A stretch of DNA of 64,000 nt. It comes from Pseudomonadota bacterium. GTDB lineage: Bacteria > Pseudomonadota > Alphaproteobacteria > Caulobacterales > Caulobacteraceae. Made by a program: the position numbers and the translations under genes. A model generated the notes under the pieces. It did not search any database, was not told the DNA's origin, and saw nothing but the letters and a program-made list of their open reading frames with translations. The DNA lies in contig JAKBBV010000009.1 in assembly GCA_021808285.1 (NCBI GenBank), positions 952-64,951 of the forward strand. Reading direction: 5' to 3'. Below are positions 17,955-28,501 of the stretch, one piece after another (the first letter of the stretch is position 1; each line of letters opens with the position of its first letter).

Positions 17955-18848
17955 TCACTTGCCGGTGATCCCAGGATGGGGCGGGGCGTCAGACCGCGTC
18001 GCCAGCCAGGTCCGGGCGAGGTGAAGGAACGCGTCCGGAGGGACGGTCTCGGCGCGCGCATCGGGGTTGAGGGACGCCGCCCGGCAGAGATCGGCGCCGC
18101 CGAAAGCCTTGAGCGAGGACCGCAGCATCTTGCGCCTCTGGCCAAAGGCCGCAGCCGTGAGCGTCTCCAGCGCCGAGATCTCGGGGTCCGGCGGGCGGAC
18201 GGGACGAGGACGCGCGCGGATCACGGCCGAATCGACCTTCGGCGGCGGCGTGAACGCCCGGGCCGGGAGGTCCATGACGATGCGGGCCTCGCAAAGGGTC
18301 TGGGCGATGATCGAAAGTCGCCCATAGGCGCCCGCGCCTGGGGCCGCGACGATCCTTTCGGCGACCTCCCTCTGAAACATGAGGGTGAGGGAATCCGGCC
18401 GCCAGGACCCCAGAACCCATTTCAGGAACAGCGCCGTCCCCACGTTGTAGGGCAGATTCGAGACGAGATGGGCGCTTTCGCTCCCCGTGACGCCGCGCAG
18501 AGCAGCGGCCTCGTCCACGCGCATGGCGTCGTCCTGGATCAGGCTGAACCGACCCGGACAGCACTGGCCAAGAGGGGCCAGAACCTCGGAAAAGCGCGGA
18601 TCGCGCTCGAAGGCCACGACCCGGGCGCCGGTCTCCAGCAGGGCGCGCGTCAGGCCGCCGGGGCCGGGGCCGACCTCAACCACCACGTCCTCCGGACCGA
18701 CCTCCGAAAGGCGCGCGATCTTGCGACAGAGATTGAGGTCGAACAGGAAATGCTGACCCAGCCTCTTGTCGGCGAGCAGCCCGGCCTCGGCCAGGGTCGT
18801 CTTCAGGGGCGGGAGACGCGCCAGCGCCGCGGCGGCCTCCGCGTTCAC
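17955..18848 (-). CDS. rsmA: 16S rRNA m6,2A1518/1519 dimethyltransferase
   Basis: LGQHFL, EVGPGPGGLT, SNLPYNV, FTPPPKVDS, AFGQRRKMLR. Confidence 0.97.
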   Translation of the reverse strand: MNAEAAAALARLPPLKTTLAEAGLLADKRLGQHFLFDLNLCRKIARLSEVGPEDVVVEVGPGPGGLTRALLETGARVVAFERDPRFSEVLAPLGQCCPGRFSLIQDDAMRVDEAAALRGVTGSESAHLVSNLPYNVGTALFLKWVLGSWRPDSLTLMFQREVAERIVAAPGAGAYGRLSIIAQTLCEARIVMDLPARAFTPPPKVDSAVIRARPRPVRPPDPEISALETLTAAAFGQRRKMLRSSLKAFGGADLCRAASLNPDARAETVPPDAFLHLARTWLATRSDAPPHPGITGK

Positions 18849-20161
18849 CGCGTCTCGATCGTCGCCTGATTGCGCAGGTCGCGCAGCGCTCGCTTGGAGA
18901 TCATCGCCAGCTCCTCACCGAACAGGCGGTCCTTGATCTGCGCCGGCGTCAGGATGCCGGCCCCGCCCAGATGACGGTCGCACACGGCGATCAGGTGCAG
19001 ACCCGCATCGGTGCGAATGGGCTCCGACACCTCTCCGGTCGTCATGGTGTCCACCGCGTCCCGGAAAGCTGGGGCCAGGTCCTTGACCTCGGCCTCGCCC
19101 AGATCGCCGGCCACGACGCCGGGAATCTTCTCCGCCGCCGCCTCCATGCCATCGCAGCCGTGCAGCTTGGCGCGCAGAGCCGTGAGTTTCGCCGCCGCCG
19201 CCGCGACCTCGGTCGGGGTGGCGGTCTTGGGCAGCCCGATCGCCGCCTGCTCCAGATGGACGACCACGGTGGCGCCTCCGGCGCGGCGATCCTGCAGCAG
19301 GATGATATAGGCGCCGTCCTTGGTGGGGATCGGATCCGAAAGCTGGCCGGGCCGCAGATTGTCGAGCGCCGAATCGACTTCAGGAGGCATCTCGCCCGGC
19401 GTGATCCAGCCCACCGAGCCCCCGGCCGCCGCGGTCGGGGAGTTGGAGAACTGCCGCGCCACGGCCGCGAACGGCGCCCCGTTCTTGATCTGAGCGATGA
19501 GTTCGGTGGCGCCCTGCACGGCCTGGGCCTCGCCGCCGGCGCGGGAGGCGTCGATGAAGATCTCGCTGACCTGATACTGGGGCTTGTTGGCCTCGGCTTC
19601 CTGGCGCTTCTGGAACGCCTTGATCTGATCCTCGCCGACCTCAAGCCGCTGGCCGTAGCGGCCGCGGATCCAGCCGCGCCAGCTGATCTCCGCGCGGAGC
19701 TGATCCTTGAGGGTTTGCGGGCCGACCCCTTGAGCGGCCAGCTGCGTCAGGAGCTGGGTCGAGCTGGTGTTGTTGGAGCGGGCGATCTGAGCGATCTCGT
19801 CGTCGACCTCCGCGTCCGACGCGATCAGGTCGAACTTCTGCGTCTTGCCCTCCTCGCGCAGGTCCTGAAGCTCCAGATGCTCATCGATCAGGGACCGGAT
19901 CGCCTCCTGCTGGAGGGCGGGCAGGTTCTGTTGAGTCGGCTGGATGCCGGCGGTCACCACCAGGAGCCGCATCCGCTGGACGATGTCGTAGGTGGAGATC
20001 ACGTCGTCATTCACCGTGGCCACGACGCTCTCGGTCATGTCGCCGCCAGGGCCGCCGCCGAGGGGCGACGCGGCGGCGGGGGGCGCGGCGGATTGCGCCA
20101 GCGCGGCCGGAACCGGAGACAAGGCGAGGGCGGCGACGAGGAGCGGTGAGAAAGGGCGCAT
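18845..20161 (-). CDS. surA: SurA-like periplasmic peptidyl-prolyl isomerase/chaperone
   Basis: Signal peptide, VATVNDDVIS SurA N-domain, parvulin motifs (FAAVARQFS, GGSVGW, GDLG, SEPIRT). Confidence 0.9.
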   Translation of the reverse strand: MRPFSPLLVAALALSPVPAALAQSAAPPAAASPLGGGPGGDMTESVVATVNDDVISTYDIVQRMRLLVVTAGIQPTQQNLPALQQEAIRSLIDEHLELQDLREEGKTQKFDLIASDAEVDDEIAQIARSNNTSSTQLLTQLAAQGVGPQTLKDQLRAEISWRGWIRGRYGQRLEVGEDQIKAFQKRQEAEANKPQYQVSEIFIDASRAGGEAQAVQGATELIAQIKNGAPFAAVARQFSNSPTAAAGGSVGWITPGEMPPEVDSALDNLRPGQLSDPIPTKDGAYIILLQDRRAGGATVVVHLEQAAIGLPKTATPTEVAAAAAKLTALRAKLHGCDGMEAAAEKIPGVVAGDLGEAEVKDLAPAFRDAVDTMTTGEVSEPIRTDAGLHLIAVCDRHLGGAGILTPAQIKDRLFGEELAMISKRALRDLRNQATIETR

Positions 20162-20222
20162 GGAGGACAGAGAGCGTACTCGTATCTGGCGGTCAGGTTA
20201 AGGCGTCGCGTCGGCGGCTCTT

Positions 20223-22571
20223 TTAAGGCGCCCCGCCCAAAGTGGCGAGCGAAAGGCGCAGAAGCACCGAGGTCGTGGGGCCGAAGGTCCCGTTATAGGT
20301 CTGGTCATGGCGGTAGAGCACCTCCACCCGGATGCAGCTGTCGCGATAGACGAGGCCGATATCCGACTCCCGCCAATGCCCCCCATCGACGATGGCGTAG
20401 GTGCTGACGCCCCAGTGCTCGGTGACGAAGGCCTCGCCGCGGACATCAAGGCTGGTGAGCGGCAGACCGTTGGGCGCGATCGGCTCCTGAAGATAGGCGA
20501 CATAGCCATCGATGCGCGGGGCGGCGAAGGTGACGCCGGTCTCGAGCTGGTCCACCCGGCCGGTATCGGTGTTGAGGCGGAGATTGGCGAAGGCGCGCAT
20601 GCCGGAAATCAGGGTGGTGTCGCCTTCGAGCACATAGTCCGAGAGCGCGTTGGCGAGGCCCGAATAGCCGGGGATGGAGGGGTCGCTCTGGGCGGCGAAC
20701 CGCTTGCCGAACATGAAGTTCGCGGTCCGGCCGTCATCCATGATGATGGTCCCTTGACCGCCCAGGGTCACGGCCTGACCGCCCTCATAGAGGTCGTAGC
20801 CCGGCGAGCGATTGGCCTCGAACAGGTTGGTCGGCTGGAGCTCGAAGTCCGTGCTGTCGAAATTGGGGATGCGGGGGTCGACGCTCTGCAGGTTGGCGAC
20901 CGAGATCTCGGCGATGGGTTCCACGATGATCGTCGCGGTTTTGGTCTGACGGATCATCGGATAGGTGATCACCGCGCCCGCCATGGCGAAGCCGCGCGGG
21001 ATGGTGGCGCCCGGGGCGCTTTCCAAGGCGGCGGCCGACGCGGTCGCGGGGGGCGCTCCAGTTCCGTTCTGACCCGCGACGTTGGGGAGAGCGCCGTTCG
21101 CGGTCGGGGCGAGCGGCATCGAGGTCACATTGTAGATGTCTCCGCGAAGGTCGGCGAAGGGCTGGATGCGCAGCCCGTTGTTCAGGGTGATCGAGCTTTG
21201 CCAATCGGCCTCGGCCGTGGCGCGCCGGCTATCCACACCCGGCAGGATGCTTTGGTTGGCCAGTCCGGCATTGGCCAGAGACTGGTTTTGAGAGATCAGA
21301 ACCGCACTGCCCGACACCCGCAGGCGGCCGCCAAGAACCGAGCTTGGATCCTCCCAATGCCCCTCCACCAGCGGCGCCACCAGGGGAATGGTGCTCTGGA
21401 TGTCGCTGACGCGCAGACCCTGGATGCTGATCGCGGCAATGGAGAAATAGGAGTTGTCGTCCTGGCGCACCGCGTCGAGCTGGGAGATCAGGCGACGGTC
21501 ATCCACGCCATAAAGGCCGCGGTCCACGAACACATCCTGGATCGAGTACTTGTCGAAGATCAGCGGATCGGACGTGCGCTCGGCCGTGAACCCCCAGGAC
21601 CAGTCATCGTTCAGCTGAAACTCGCCGCTGCCCAGGATGTAGCTGTGGGAGGTGGCCTGGCCGAACCTCTGACCGTTGGAGGTGAAGTTCTGATCGTAGG
21701 TATAGCCAAGCCGGATATCCATCAGGCCGGAATAGGTGCGGACCCTGTATTCGGCGTTGAGGAAGGGATTGACCAGACCATTGATCTGCGGGGTCACGGT
21801 CAGGTCCTGTGAGGGCGAGATGATCTGATAGTAGGGCTGCTCCCAGCTGAAGCCGCGGATCCCGGAGAGGGTGATGTTGGGAATGAGCAGTCCGGACTTG
21901 CGATCCACCGAGGGGTCGGCCGCCGGGAGGTAGGGCACGTAAAGGATCGGGATGCCCTTGATCTCGACCACCGCATCGCGGAAGGCGAGGGTCTTGTGGA
22001 CCTTGTCCTCGATCACCTTGCGGGCGCGGATCGACCAGGTCGGCTGGCCGCCGCCCCTGGCGCAGGCCTCGCACGGCGTGAACACCGCCCGCTCGAACTC
22101 CGTGATCCCGCCGCTGTGGCTCACTGTCCTCTGGGCGGCGATCTTCGCATCGTCCTGAAGACGGGCCGAAAAGCCCAGGGCGAAGCCCTCGCCCATGGTC
22201 TTGTCGAGATGGATCTCATCGGCGAACTGCGCCGTTCCATCGGCCGAGATGATCTCCACGTGGCCCGTGGCCAGGATCGCGCCGCTCGCGGTGTCGTAGT
22301 CGAGCCGGTCGGCGCGCACGACCCGGCCCTTGTAGCGCGCCTCGACGGCGCCCTCGGCGATCACGTGGTGGGTGAGCTCGTTCTGCAGCAGACTGTCCGC
22401 TTCGAGATAGAACCCGCCATCGCCCAGGCCGTCAGCGGGTCCGCTCGCCTTGGGAGATTTGGTGGACGAGGCGATGGAGGACAGGGGCTTGGCCAGGGCC
22501 AGTGTGGCCTGGGAGACGCCGCCGAAGAGGAGGGCGAGGACGGCAAGGCAGCGCCAGGCGTGCGCCATCAT
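20223..22571 (-). CDS. lptD: LPS assembly outer-membrane beta-barrel LptD
   Basis: OstA-like N-domain (LEAD, GAVEARY), FTPCEAC, PTWSIRA, C-terminal YRDSC and alternating beta strands; lptF-lptG-lptD-surA synteny. Start uncertain (ORF open to 22748). Confidence 0.92.
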   Translation of the reverse strand: MMAHAWRCLAVLALLFGGVSQATLALAKPLSSIASSTKSPKASGPADGLGDGGFYLEADSLLQNELTHHVIAEGAVEARYKGRVVRADRLDYDTASGAILATGHVEIISADGTAQFADEIHLDKTMGEGFALGFSARLQDDAKIAAQRTVSHSGGITEFERAVFTPCEACARGGGQPTWSIRARKVIEDKVHKTLAFRDAVVEIKGIPILYVPYLPAADPSVDRKSGLLIPNITLSGIRGFSWEQPYYQIISPSQDLTVTPQINGLVNPFLNAEYRVRTYSGLMDIRLGYTYDQNFTSNGQRFGQATSHSYILGSGEFQLNDDWSWGFTAERTSDPLIFDKYSIQDVFVDRGLYGVDDRRLISQLDAVRQDDNSYFSIAAISIQGLRVSDIQSTIPLVAPLVEGHWEDPSSVLGGRLRVSGSAVLISQNQSLANAGLANQSILPGVDSRRATAEADWQSSITLNNGLRIQPFADLRGDIYNVTSMPLAPTANGALPNVAGQNGTGAPPATASAAALESAPGATIPRGFAMAGAVITYPMIRQTKTATIIVEPIAEISVANLQSVDPRIPNFDSTDFELQPTNLFEANRSPGYDLYEGGQAVTLGGQGTIIMDDGRTANFMFGKRFAAQSDPSIPGYSGLANALSDYVLEGDTTLISGMRAFANLRLNTDTGRVDQLETGVTFAAPRIDGYVAYLQEPIAPNGLPLTSLDVRGEAFVTEHWGVSTYAIVDGGHWRESDIGLVYRDSCIRVEVLYRHDQTYNGTFGPTTSVLLRLSLATLGGAP

Positions 22572-22740
22572 CGCCGCATCCGCTCGCCCTGATCCGCGCG
22601 ATCGCTGTTCCAAGAGGACCCCGTTGGCGACCGCCAATTTCGCGGCGGCCGTTCTGGCCGAAGCCATAGAGGAGGGGCCCTCGCGAGGCAAAGGCGATTG
22701 CTTCGCGCCCGCCGCCTCGTCCTCCGCCACCCCTCCTCCG

Positions 22741-23820
22741 TCAGCCATCCTCGGTCCAGGCGAGCAGGGTCAGACCGCAGAGCAGGGTGAAGATCGGCAC
22801 GGTCCAGGCCGCGAGCGTCACCGGCGTCACCTGATTCGCGCCCAGAGCGCCCAGGAACTGGTTGAGGAAGAAGATGGCGAATCCGATGGCGACCCCGGCG
22901 CCCGTCATCAGAATCAGGTCGCCCAGACGCATCAGCCGCAACGAACAGCTCGCCGCCAGGGTGGCCATGGCCGCCAGCAGCAGGGGCAGGGCGAGAAGCT
23001 GCTGCCAGCGGAGGTCATAGGGCGCGGCCGAATAGCCGGCCTCCGAGGCGGCGCGACTCTGGTCCGGCAGGTCCCAGAACCCCACGGCGCTGGCGGCCAC
23101 CAGACTGGTCATGGCGCCGCCGCGATCCGCGCCCAGACGCACCTCGTCCGCCCTGACCACGCCCTCGCCGGGCGCCGCCTCGCTGACGCCAAGAAGCCGC
23201 CATGCCCCGGGGGTCAGGACCGCGGCGTCGGCGTGGAGGCGACGGGCGAGGACGAGGGCGCCGTCGTGATTGTCGGCGACATAGGCGGTGACGTCCTGAA
23301 GCCGGGTGATCTCGCCGATGCGAATCTGACGCCGGGCATGGAGAATCAGCGGTTGGTGATCGGTGGACTGTCGCAACCAGAGCTCCGCCCGCCCTCCCGC
23401 CCCCTCTTCCATGGCCGCGCGCTCGTCCTGGTAACGGGCATTGAGCGAGGCGGCGAGCGGATTGAGCGTGGTCATGGTCACTGCCCCGACCACCGCCGCT
23501 CCCAGCGCCGCGGGGGCGACGAACCGCCAGGCCGACATGCCGGTGGCGCGCATGGCGATGAGTTCGTTGCGGCGGTTGAGCGCCACGAAGGCTCCCATGA
23601 CCCCGAACAGGAAGACGAAGGGCATCAGGAGCAGGATCACCGAGGGGGCTTCGAGCGCCACGAGGCGGACCAGGGTGGCGAAGCTCGCATCGGCGCGACT
23701 CCCTACCGTGCGGGACAGCTCGACGAACTGCACCAGCACCACCACCGAGGCGAGCACCGCCAGCACCGCGGCGACGCCGATCAGGCTGCGCCACAGGACA
23801 TATATCTGAATCCGGCGCAC
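22741..23820 (-). CDS. lptG: LPS export ABC permease LptG
   Basis: YjgP/YjgQ family: RRNELIAMRATGMS, six TM helices, ends WTEDG. Confidence 0.92.
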   Translation of the reverse strand: MRRIQIYVLWRSLIGVAAVLAVLASVVVLVQFVELSRTVGSRADASFATLVRLVALEAPSVILLLMPFVFLFGVMGAFVALNRRNELIAMRATGMSAWRFVAPAALGAAVVGAVTMTTLNPLAASLNARYQDERAAMEEGAGGRAELWLRQSTDHQPLILHARRQIRIGEITRLQDVTAYVADNHDGALVLARRLHADAAVLTPGAWRLLGVSEAAPGEGVVRADEVRLGADRGGAMTSLVAASAVGFWDLPDQSRAASEAGYSAAPYDLRWQQLLALPLLLAAMATLAASCSLRLMRLGDLILMTGAGVAIGFAIFFLNQFLGALGANQVTPVTLAAWTVPIFTLLCGLTLLAWTEDG

Positions 23821-23823
23821 AGC

Positions 23824-24957
23824 TCAGACCGCGGCGGGGAGGGGCGGGGCGGGGCGCGCCGGCAGCAGCGCGGGGACGGGAAGGTCCAGAAGCACCAGCG
23901 CCGCGGCGAGGCCCACGGCGGCCAGGGGCGGCGCATACTGAAGCGGATTGAGGCCCGGCGAATGGGCCGCCGCCGCCTGCACCGCCAGGCCCGTGACCCT
24001 CAACCCCAGGGCCGCCGCCGAGGCCGCGGCGATGCGTCCGCCGTAGCCCATTCGGCTGAAGGCCCCGCCCAGAATGGCGGCCAGAGCCAGGCTCATGAAG
24101 GCGAGGTTGTAGAGCGGCGCGGCGATCCGGGCGTGGCCCTCGGCGAGCAGATCGCCCACATGCTGGGCATCCCAGGCGATGCGCCGGTCGGGGAAGAACA
24201 GCTCGTGCGGGTACCGATCCGAGAGCTTGTAGCGCACCCCGCCCTGGGTCCCGAGCAGGTCCTTGAGATCGAGGGCGTAGGCGTCGAAGGACAGCAGGTC
24301 GAGACCGCCCGCCTCGGAATAGCGGGCATTGGCCCCCCGCGTCATCATCAGGATCGGCGCCCCGCGCCGCGAGGTGAGGCGCCCCTCGAGGGCCGTGATC
24401 GTCGTATCCCGTCCCCCCTCCGCACGGTGGTCGATGAAGAGGTTGTGGATCACGCCGTTGGCGTCCACCGACTGGGCATAGACCGTCAGGCCCGGCGCCG
24501 GGTGAGTGAAGGCGCCCGGCCGCACCAGGCTGGTCAACAGATCCGTGCGCGCGGCCTCCAGCGTGTCGCGCATGGCGCGAAACGACAGCGGCTGGATCCA
24601 GAAGGTGACGACGAAGGAGAGCAGGGTCGCCAGCACCGCCAGCCTGATGGCGGGCGAGATCACCCGCCAGCGACTCGCGCCGCCGGCGAAGCAGATGACG
24701 ATCTCGTTCTCCGTGTGCAGGCGATTGAGCGCCATCAGGCCGGCCACCAGCACGGCGATGGGCAGGATAAGGACGAGCAGTTGCGGAGTCGCCAGAAGGA
24801 TGACCTTGGCGAAGACCAGCGCGCTCTCCCGGTCGCTGATGAGGAAACGCAGGGAAGAGACCGCCTCGCTGAGGATCGCCACCACGGTCAGGGCCGCCGT
24901 CGCCGCGACGGTCGGCCAGAACAGCTGGCGAAAGAGATAGCGTTCGATCAGCGGCAT
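23824..24957 (-). CDS. lptF: LPS export ABC permease LptF
   Basis: IERYLFRQ, LNRLHTENEIVICFAGGASRW, RIAAPLY. Confidence 0.92.
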   Translation of the reverse strand: MPLIERYLFRQLFWPTVAATAALTVVAILSEAVSSLRFLISDRESALVFAKVILLATPQLLVLILPIAVLVAGLMALNRLHTENEIVICFAGGASRWRVISPAIRLAVLATLLSFVVTFWIQPLSFRAMRDTLEAARTDLLTSLVRPGAFTHPAPGLTVYAQSVDANGVIHNLFIDHRAEGGRDTTITALEGRLTSRRGAPILMMTRGANARYSEAGGLDLLSFDAYALDLKDLLGTQGGVRYKLSDRYPHELFFPDRRIAWDAQHVGDLLAEGHARIAAPLYNLAFMSLALAAILGGAFSRMGYGGRIAAASAAALGLRVTGLAVQAAAAHSPGLNPLQYAPPLAAVGLAAALVLLDLPVPALLPARPAPPLPAAV

Positions 24958-25045
24958 GCGGATGAAAGGAGTCCCGGCGCGGAGGAGTCGCGCCGATTAA
25001 GGCATCCCCGGCCGCTTCCGACAACCGATCCCCGCCGAGGCCGAC

Positions 25046-25747
25046 TCACAGCGGCGGCGCCGCCGGTTCGAGCGATCCGAATACCCGCGCGAAGCTGTCC
25101 TTGAGCGCCCGATCGACCGCGCCCATGTCGGCGGCGGCGCCGAGCGCGGCCAGACTGGTGACTCCGAACTCGGTCAGGCCGCAGGGATTGATGCCGGTGA
25201 AATGGTCGAGGTCGGGCGAGACATTGAGGCTGACGCCGTGGAAGCTGACCCAGCGACGCAGCTTCAAGCCGATAGCGGCGATCTTGCGCTCCTCGCCCGC
25301 GGCCTCGACCCAGACGCCCACCCTCCCGGCTCGGACGCCGGCCCTCACCCCCAGGTCCGCAAGGGCCCCGATGAGCCAGTCCTCCAGGGCGGCGACGAAG
25401 GCGCGGACATCCCTCTCGCGCTGGCCAAGATCGAGCATCACATAGGCGACCCTCTGGCCGGGCCCATGATAGGTGTGCTTGCCCCCGCGCGCGGCGGGGA
25501 AGACGGGAAACCGCTCCGGCGTCAGGAGGTCCGCGCCCCGGGCCGAGACTCCGGCGGTGTAAAGGGGCGGATGCTCCAGCAGCCAGACCAGCTCGCCCGC
25601 GCGCCCCTCCAGGATCGCCTCCACGCGCGAGGCCATGGCGGCCATCGCTTCGGGATAGGGGACCAGCCCCTCGCTCGTCGCCCAGCCGGCGGGCGCGCCA
25701 TCGCGGCGATGAAGGCCGGGGGGCAGCGGATTTGGGGACGCGTCCAT
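25046..25747 (-). CDS. lipB: Octanoyltransferase LipB
   Basis: [41 protein letters not shown]. Confidence 0.96.
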   Translation of the reverse strand: MDASPNPLPPGLHRRDGAPAGWATSEGLVPYPEAMAAMASRVEAILEGRAGELVWLLEHPPLYTAGVSARGADLLTPERFPVFPAARGGKHTYHGPGQRVAYVMLDLGQRERDVRAFVAALEDWLIGALADLGVRAGVRAGRVGVWVEAAGEERKIAAIGLKLRRWVSFHGVSLNVSPDLDHFTGINPCGLTEFGVTSLAALGAAADMGAVDRALKDSFARVFGSLEPAAPPL

Positions 25748-25837
25748 GACTGCGGGATGTGGGGTCATTCGCCGCCTTGTGCAAAGCCGCCTTCACAAAG
25801 GCTCAACCGTTTGCTACCTGCCCGCCCCTCACCATGA

Positions 25838-25922
25838 GCGGTCGTGGCGGAATTGGTAGACGCGCAGCGTTGAGGTCGCTGTGGGGCAACCCGTGGAAGT
25901 TCGAGTCTTCTCGACCGCACCA
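25838..25922 (+). tRNA. tRNA-Leu(GAG)
   Basis: GCGGTCG acceptor, GGAATTGGTAGAC D-arm, CAGCG-TTGAGGT-CGCTG anticodon arm, long variable arm, GTTCGAGT T-loop, encoded ACCA. Confidence 0.97.
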
Positions 25923-25971
25923 TCCCTCGCCTGACCCCTGAGGGGGGCGGGGCACTGATGAGGCGTGAGCG

Positions 25972-27138
25972 ATGATCCCTAACCCTGGTCCGACCCTGGA
26001 TTTCGGGCTCGGCGAGACGGCCGACGCGATCCGCGAGACCACGGCCCGTTTCGCCGCCGCGAAGATCGCCCCGATCGCGGCCCGCATCGACGCGGACAAC
26101 AGCTTTCCGCGCGAGCTGTGGCGGCCCATGGGCGAGCTGGGCCTGCATGGCGTCACCGTCGAGGAGGAATGGGGCGGCCTGGGTCTGGGCTATCTGGAGC
26201 ACGTGGTGGCCATGGAGGAGGTGTCCCGCGCCTCGGCCTCGGTGGGGCTGAGCTACGGCGCCCACTCGAATCTCTGCGTCAACCAGATCCGGCGATGGGG
26301 CTCCGACGACCAGAAGTCGCGCTATCTGCCCCGCCTGATCAGCGGCGAATGGGTCGGGGCCCTGGCCATGAGCGAGGCGGGCGCCGGCTCGGACGTGATC
26401 TCCATGCGCCTGCGCGCCGACCGCCGGGGCGATCGCTACGTCCTCAACGGGGCCAAGTTCTGGATCACCAACGCCCCGCACGCCGATGTGGTGGTGGTCT
26501 ACGCCAAGACCGAGCCCGACGCCGCCAGCCGGGGCGTCACCGCCTTCCTCGTCGAGAAGGGGTTCAAGGGCTTTTCCTGCTCGCGCAAGCTCGACAAGCT
26601 GGGCATGAGGGGATCGGACACCGGCGAGCTGGTGTTCGAGGACTGCGAGGTTCCGGAGGAGAACGTGCTGGGGCCGCAGAACGGCGGCGCCGGCGTCCTG
26701 ATGAGCGGTCTCGACTATGAGCGCGCGGTCCTGGCGGCCGGGCCCCTGGGGATCATGCAGGCCTGCCTCGACCAGGTGCTGCCCTATGTGCGCGAGCGAA
26801 AGCAGTTCGGCCGCGCCATCGGCGGGTTTCAGCTGATGCAGGGCAAGATCGCCGACATCTATGTCGCCCTCAACTCGGCCCGCGCCTATGTCTATGCCGT
26901 GGCCAGAGCCTGCGACGCCGGGCGGACCACGCGTTTCGACGCCGCCGGGGCGATCCTCCTGGCCAGCGAGAACGCCGTGCGCGTGGCGCTGGAATCGATC
27001 CAGGCCCTGGGCGGCGCCGGCTATCTCAAGGAGTTCCCGGTGGAGCGGTTCCTGCGCGACGCCAAGCTCTATGACATCGGCGCCGGCACCAACGAGATCC
27101 GCCGCTTCCTCATCGGTCGCGAGCTGATCGGCGCCTGA
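25972..27138 (+). CDS. ivd: Isovaleryl-CoA dehydrogenase
   Basis: [58 protein letters not shown]. Confidence 0.95.
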   Translation: MIPNPGPTLDFGLGETADAIRETTARFAAAKIAPIAARIDADNSFPRELWRPMGELGLHGVTVEEEWGGLGLGYLEHVVAMEEVSRASASVGLSYGAHSNLCVNQIRRWGSDDQKSRYLPRLISGEWVGALAMSEAGAGSDVISMRLRADRRGDRYVLNGAKFWITNAPHADVVVVYAKTEPDAASRGVTAFLVEKGFKGFSCSRKLDKLGMRGSDTGELVFEDCEVPEENVLGPQNGGAGVLMSGLDYERAVLAAGPLGIMQACLDQVLPYVRERKQFGRAIGGFQLMQGKIADIYVALNSARAYVYAVARACDAGRTTRFDAAGAILLASENAVRVALESIQALGGAGYLKEFPVERFLRDAKLYDIGAGTNEIRRFLIGRELIGA

Positions 27139-27146
27139 GCGCGCGC

Positions 27147-28355
27147 TCATTTAGGCTCGGCGCCGGCGACGGCGCGGCGGAAAATCGAGAGGATCAGGCT
27201 GAGGATCGCGCAGGACGCGGCCGTCAGGGTCGCATCGATCAGCAGACCCCCGTCCAGGCCGCGGGCGGCGAAGGCCAGGCCATCTATCCGCTGCATATAG
27301 GTCAGCGGAATCGAGCTGGCGGCGAAGAGGAGGCCGAACTGCGTGGCGGCGAGGGGATTGTCCCTGCCCAGGCTGTTCAGGGCGATGAGGTTGGAGACCG
27401 CGAAGGCGGCGGCCTGGAACAGGTTTTCGCCCAGGAGCGCGGCCCCGAACCCGGCGGGAGTTCGGGGAGCGGCGATCAGGAGCAGGCTGAAGCCCGCGCC
27501 GATCAAGCCGATGGCCAGATAGAGACGTCGGGGTTGGAGCCGGCCCCCGAGCGGCAGGATGGCCAGGCTGCCCACGAGGCCCGCCACGGTCACGCCCGCC
27601 CCGCCGATCAGGCCCGCCAGGGCCTCGGGCGTGTGGAAATCGCCCGCGAAGCCGGACAGCGAATTGGTCAGGGCGAAGGCCGTGGCCGGCGAGATGAAGA
27701 GCAGCAGCGTCCAGCCGACGATGGGGCGGCGCACCACCCTGATCACATCCCGGGCGAAGGCGGCGAAGCCCGCGCCCATCAGGCGCGCATCGGCGGAAGG
27801 GCAGGGGGTGAGGGCGAAGAGCGGCAGGGCCAGGAGACTGAGACCGCCCAGGCTCAGCGCCCCCACCGGCGCGGGAAGGCCGCGAAAGAGCGGGATGGCC
27901 AGGCTCGCCGCCAAGCCGCCGGAGGCGATGTTCGCCGCCGCCATCCAAGACCCCGGGCGGGCCGGGGCCTCGCGCGGGACCAGCTCCCCGAACCAGCCGC
28001 CGCAGGCCGCCGAGACCATGTAGGCGGCGAAGCTGGAGACGAAGAAGAGCGCGGGCAGGAGGGGCGTGTCCCGCACGAACAGAAAGGCGCCGGCGCCCGC
28101 CGCCGCCGTGACCAGGGTGAAGAGCACGGCCCAGGCGCGGCGGGACAGGCCCCAGTCAAGAAGGGGGGCCAGAAGAAAGCTGAGGAACCCCGGGGCCAGG
28201 GCCATGGAGGTGATTTCGGCGACGCGTTCCGGCGACGTCCCCTGGGAGGCCAGGATCTGCGGCATGGTGATCAGGAGGAGGGCCCCGTTGATCCCGAGCG
28301 GCCAGAGGCCAAGTCCCAGCCAGGGGATGGCGGGGATGGCGCGCCCGCGCGTCAT
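27147..28355 (-). CDS. MFS transporter, AmpG-like
   Basis: About 12 hydrophobic helices; SFLLAPLLD motif and AATQFGL near the C-terminus resemble AmpG/PAT family members. Substrate unknown. Confidence 0.75.
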   Translation of the reverse strand: MTRGRAIPAIPWLGLGLWPLGINGALLLITMPQILASQGTSPERVAEITSMALAPGFLSFLLAPLLDWGLSRRAWAVLFTLVTAAAGAGAFLFVRDTPLLPALFFVSSFAAYMVSAACGGWFGELVPREAPARPGSWMAAANIASGGLAASLAIPLFRGLPAPVGALSLGGLSLLALPLFALTPCPSADARLMGAGFAAFARDVIRVVRRPIVGWTLLLFISPATAFALTNSLSGFAGDFHTPEALAGLIGGAGVTVAGLVGSLAILPLGGRLQPRRLYLAIGLIGAGFSLLLIAAPRTPAGFGAALLGENLFQAAAFAVSNLIALNSLGRDNPLAATQFGLLFAASSIPLTYMQRIDGLAFAARGLDGGLLIDATLTAASCAILSLILSIFRRAVAGAEPK

Positions 28356-28501
28356 CGGGCGCAGGGCCTGACGGGCCGCGGATCGGCGCCCCTCGTGCGC
28401 CTTGCAGCGGGGTTGAGCATCCCGCTCAGTCTTGAAACAATTGCAAGTCTCAGAAAAATAACCATAAATTGGAGTTTATGACGCGTGAAGCGCCAGGATG
28501 T

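Noticed and set aside
22450-25104. 884-aa plus-strand ORF and other long overlapping ORFs (e.g. 23015-25024, 31518-33875, 33758-35665, 36510-38540, 46406-48154)
   Set aside because: Antisense or off-frame shadows of well-supported genes. Expected in high-GC DNA; R/G/P/A-rich with no motifs.
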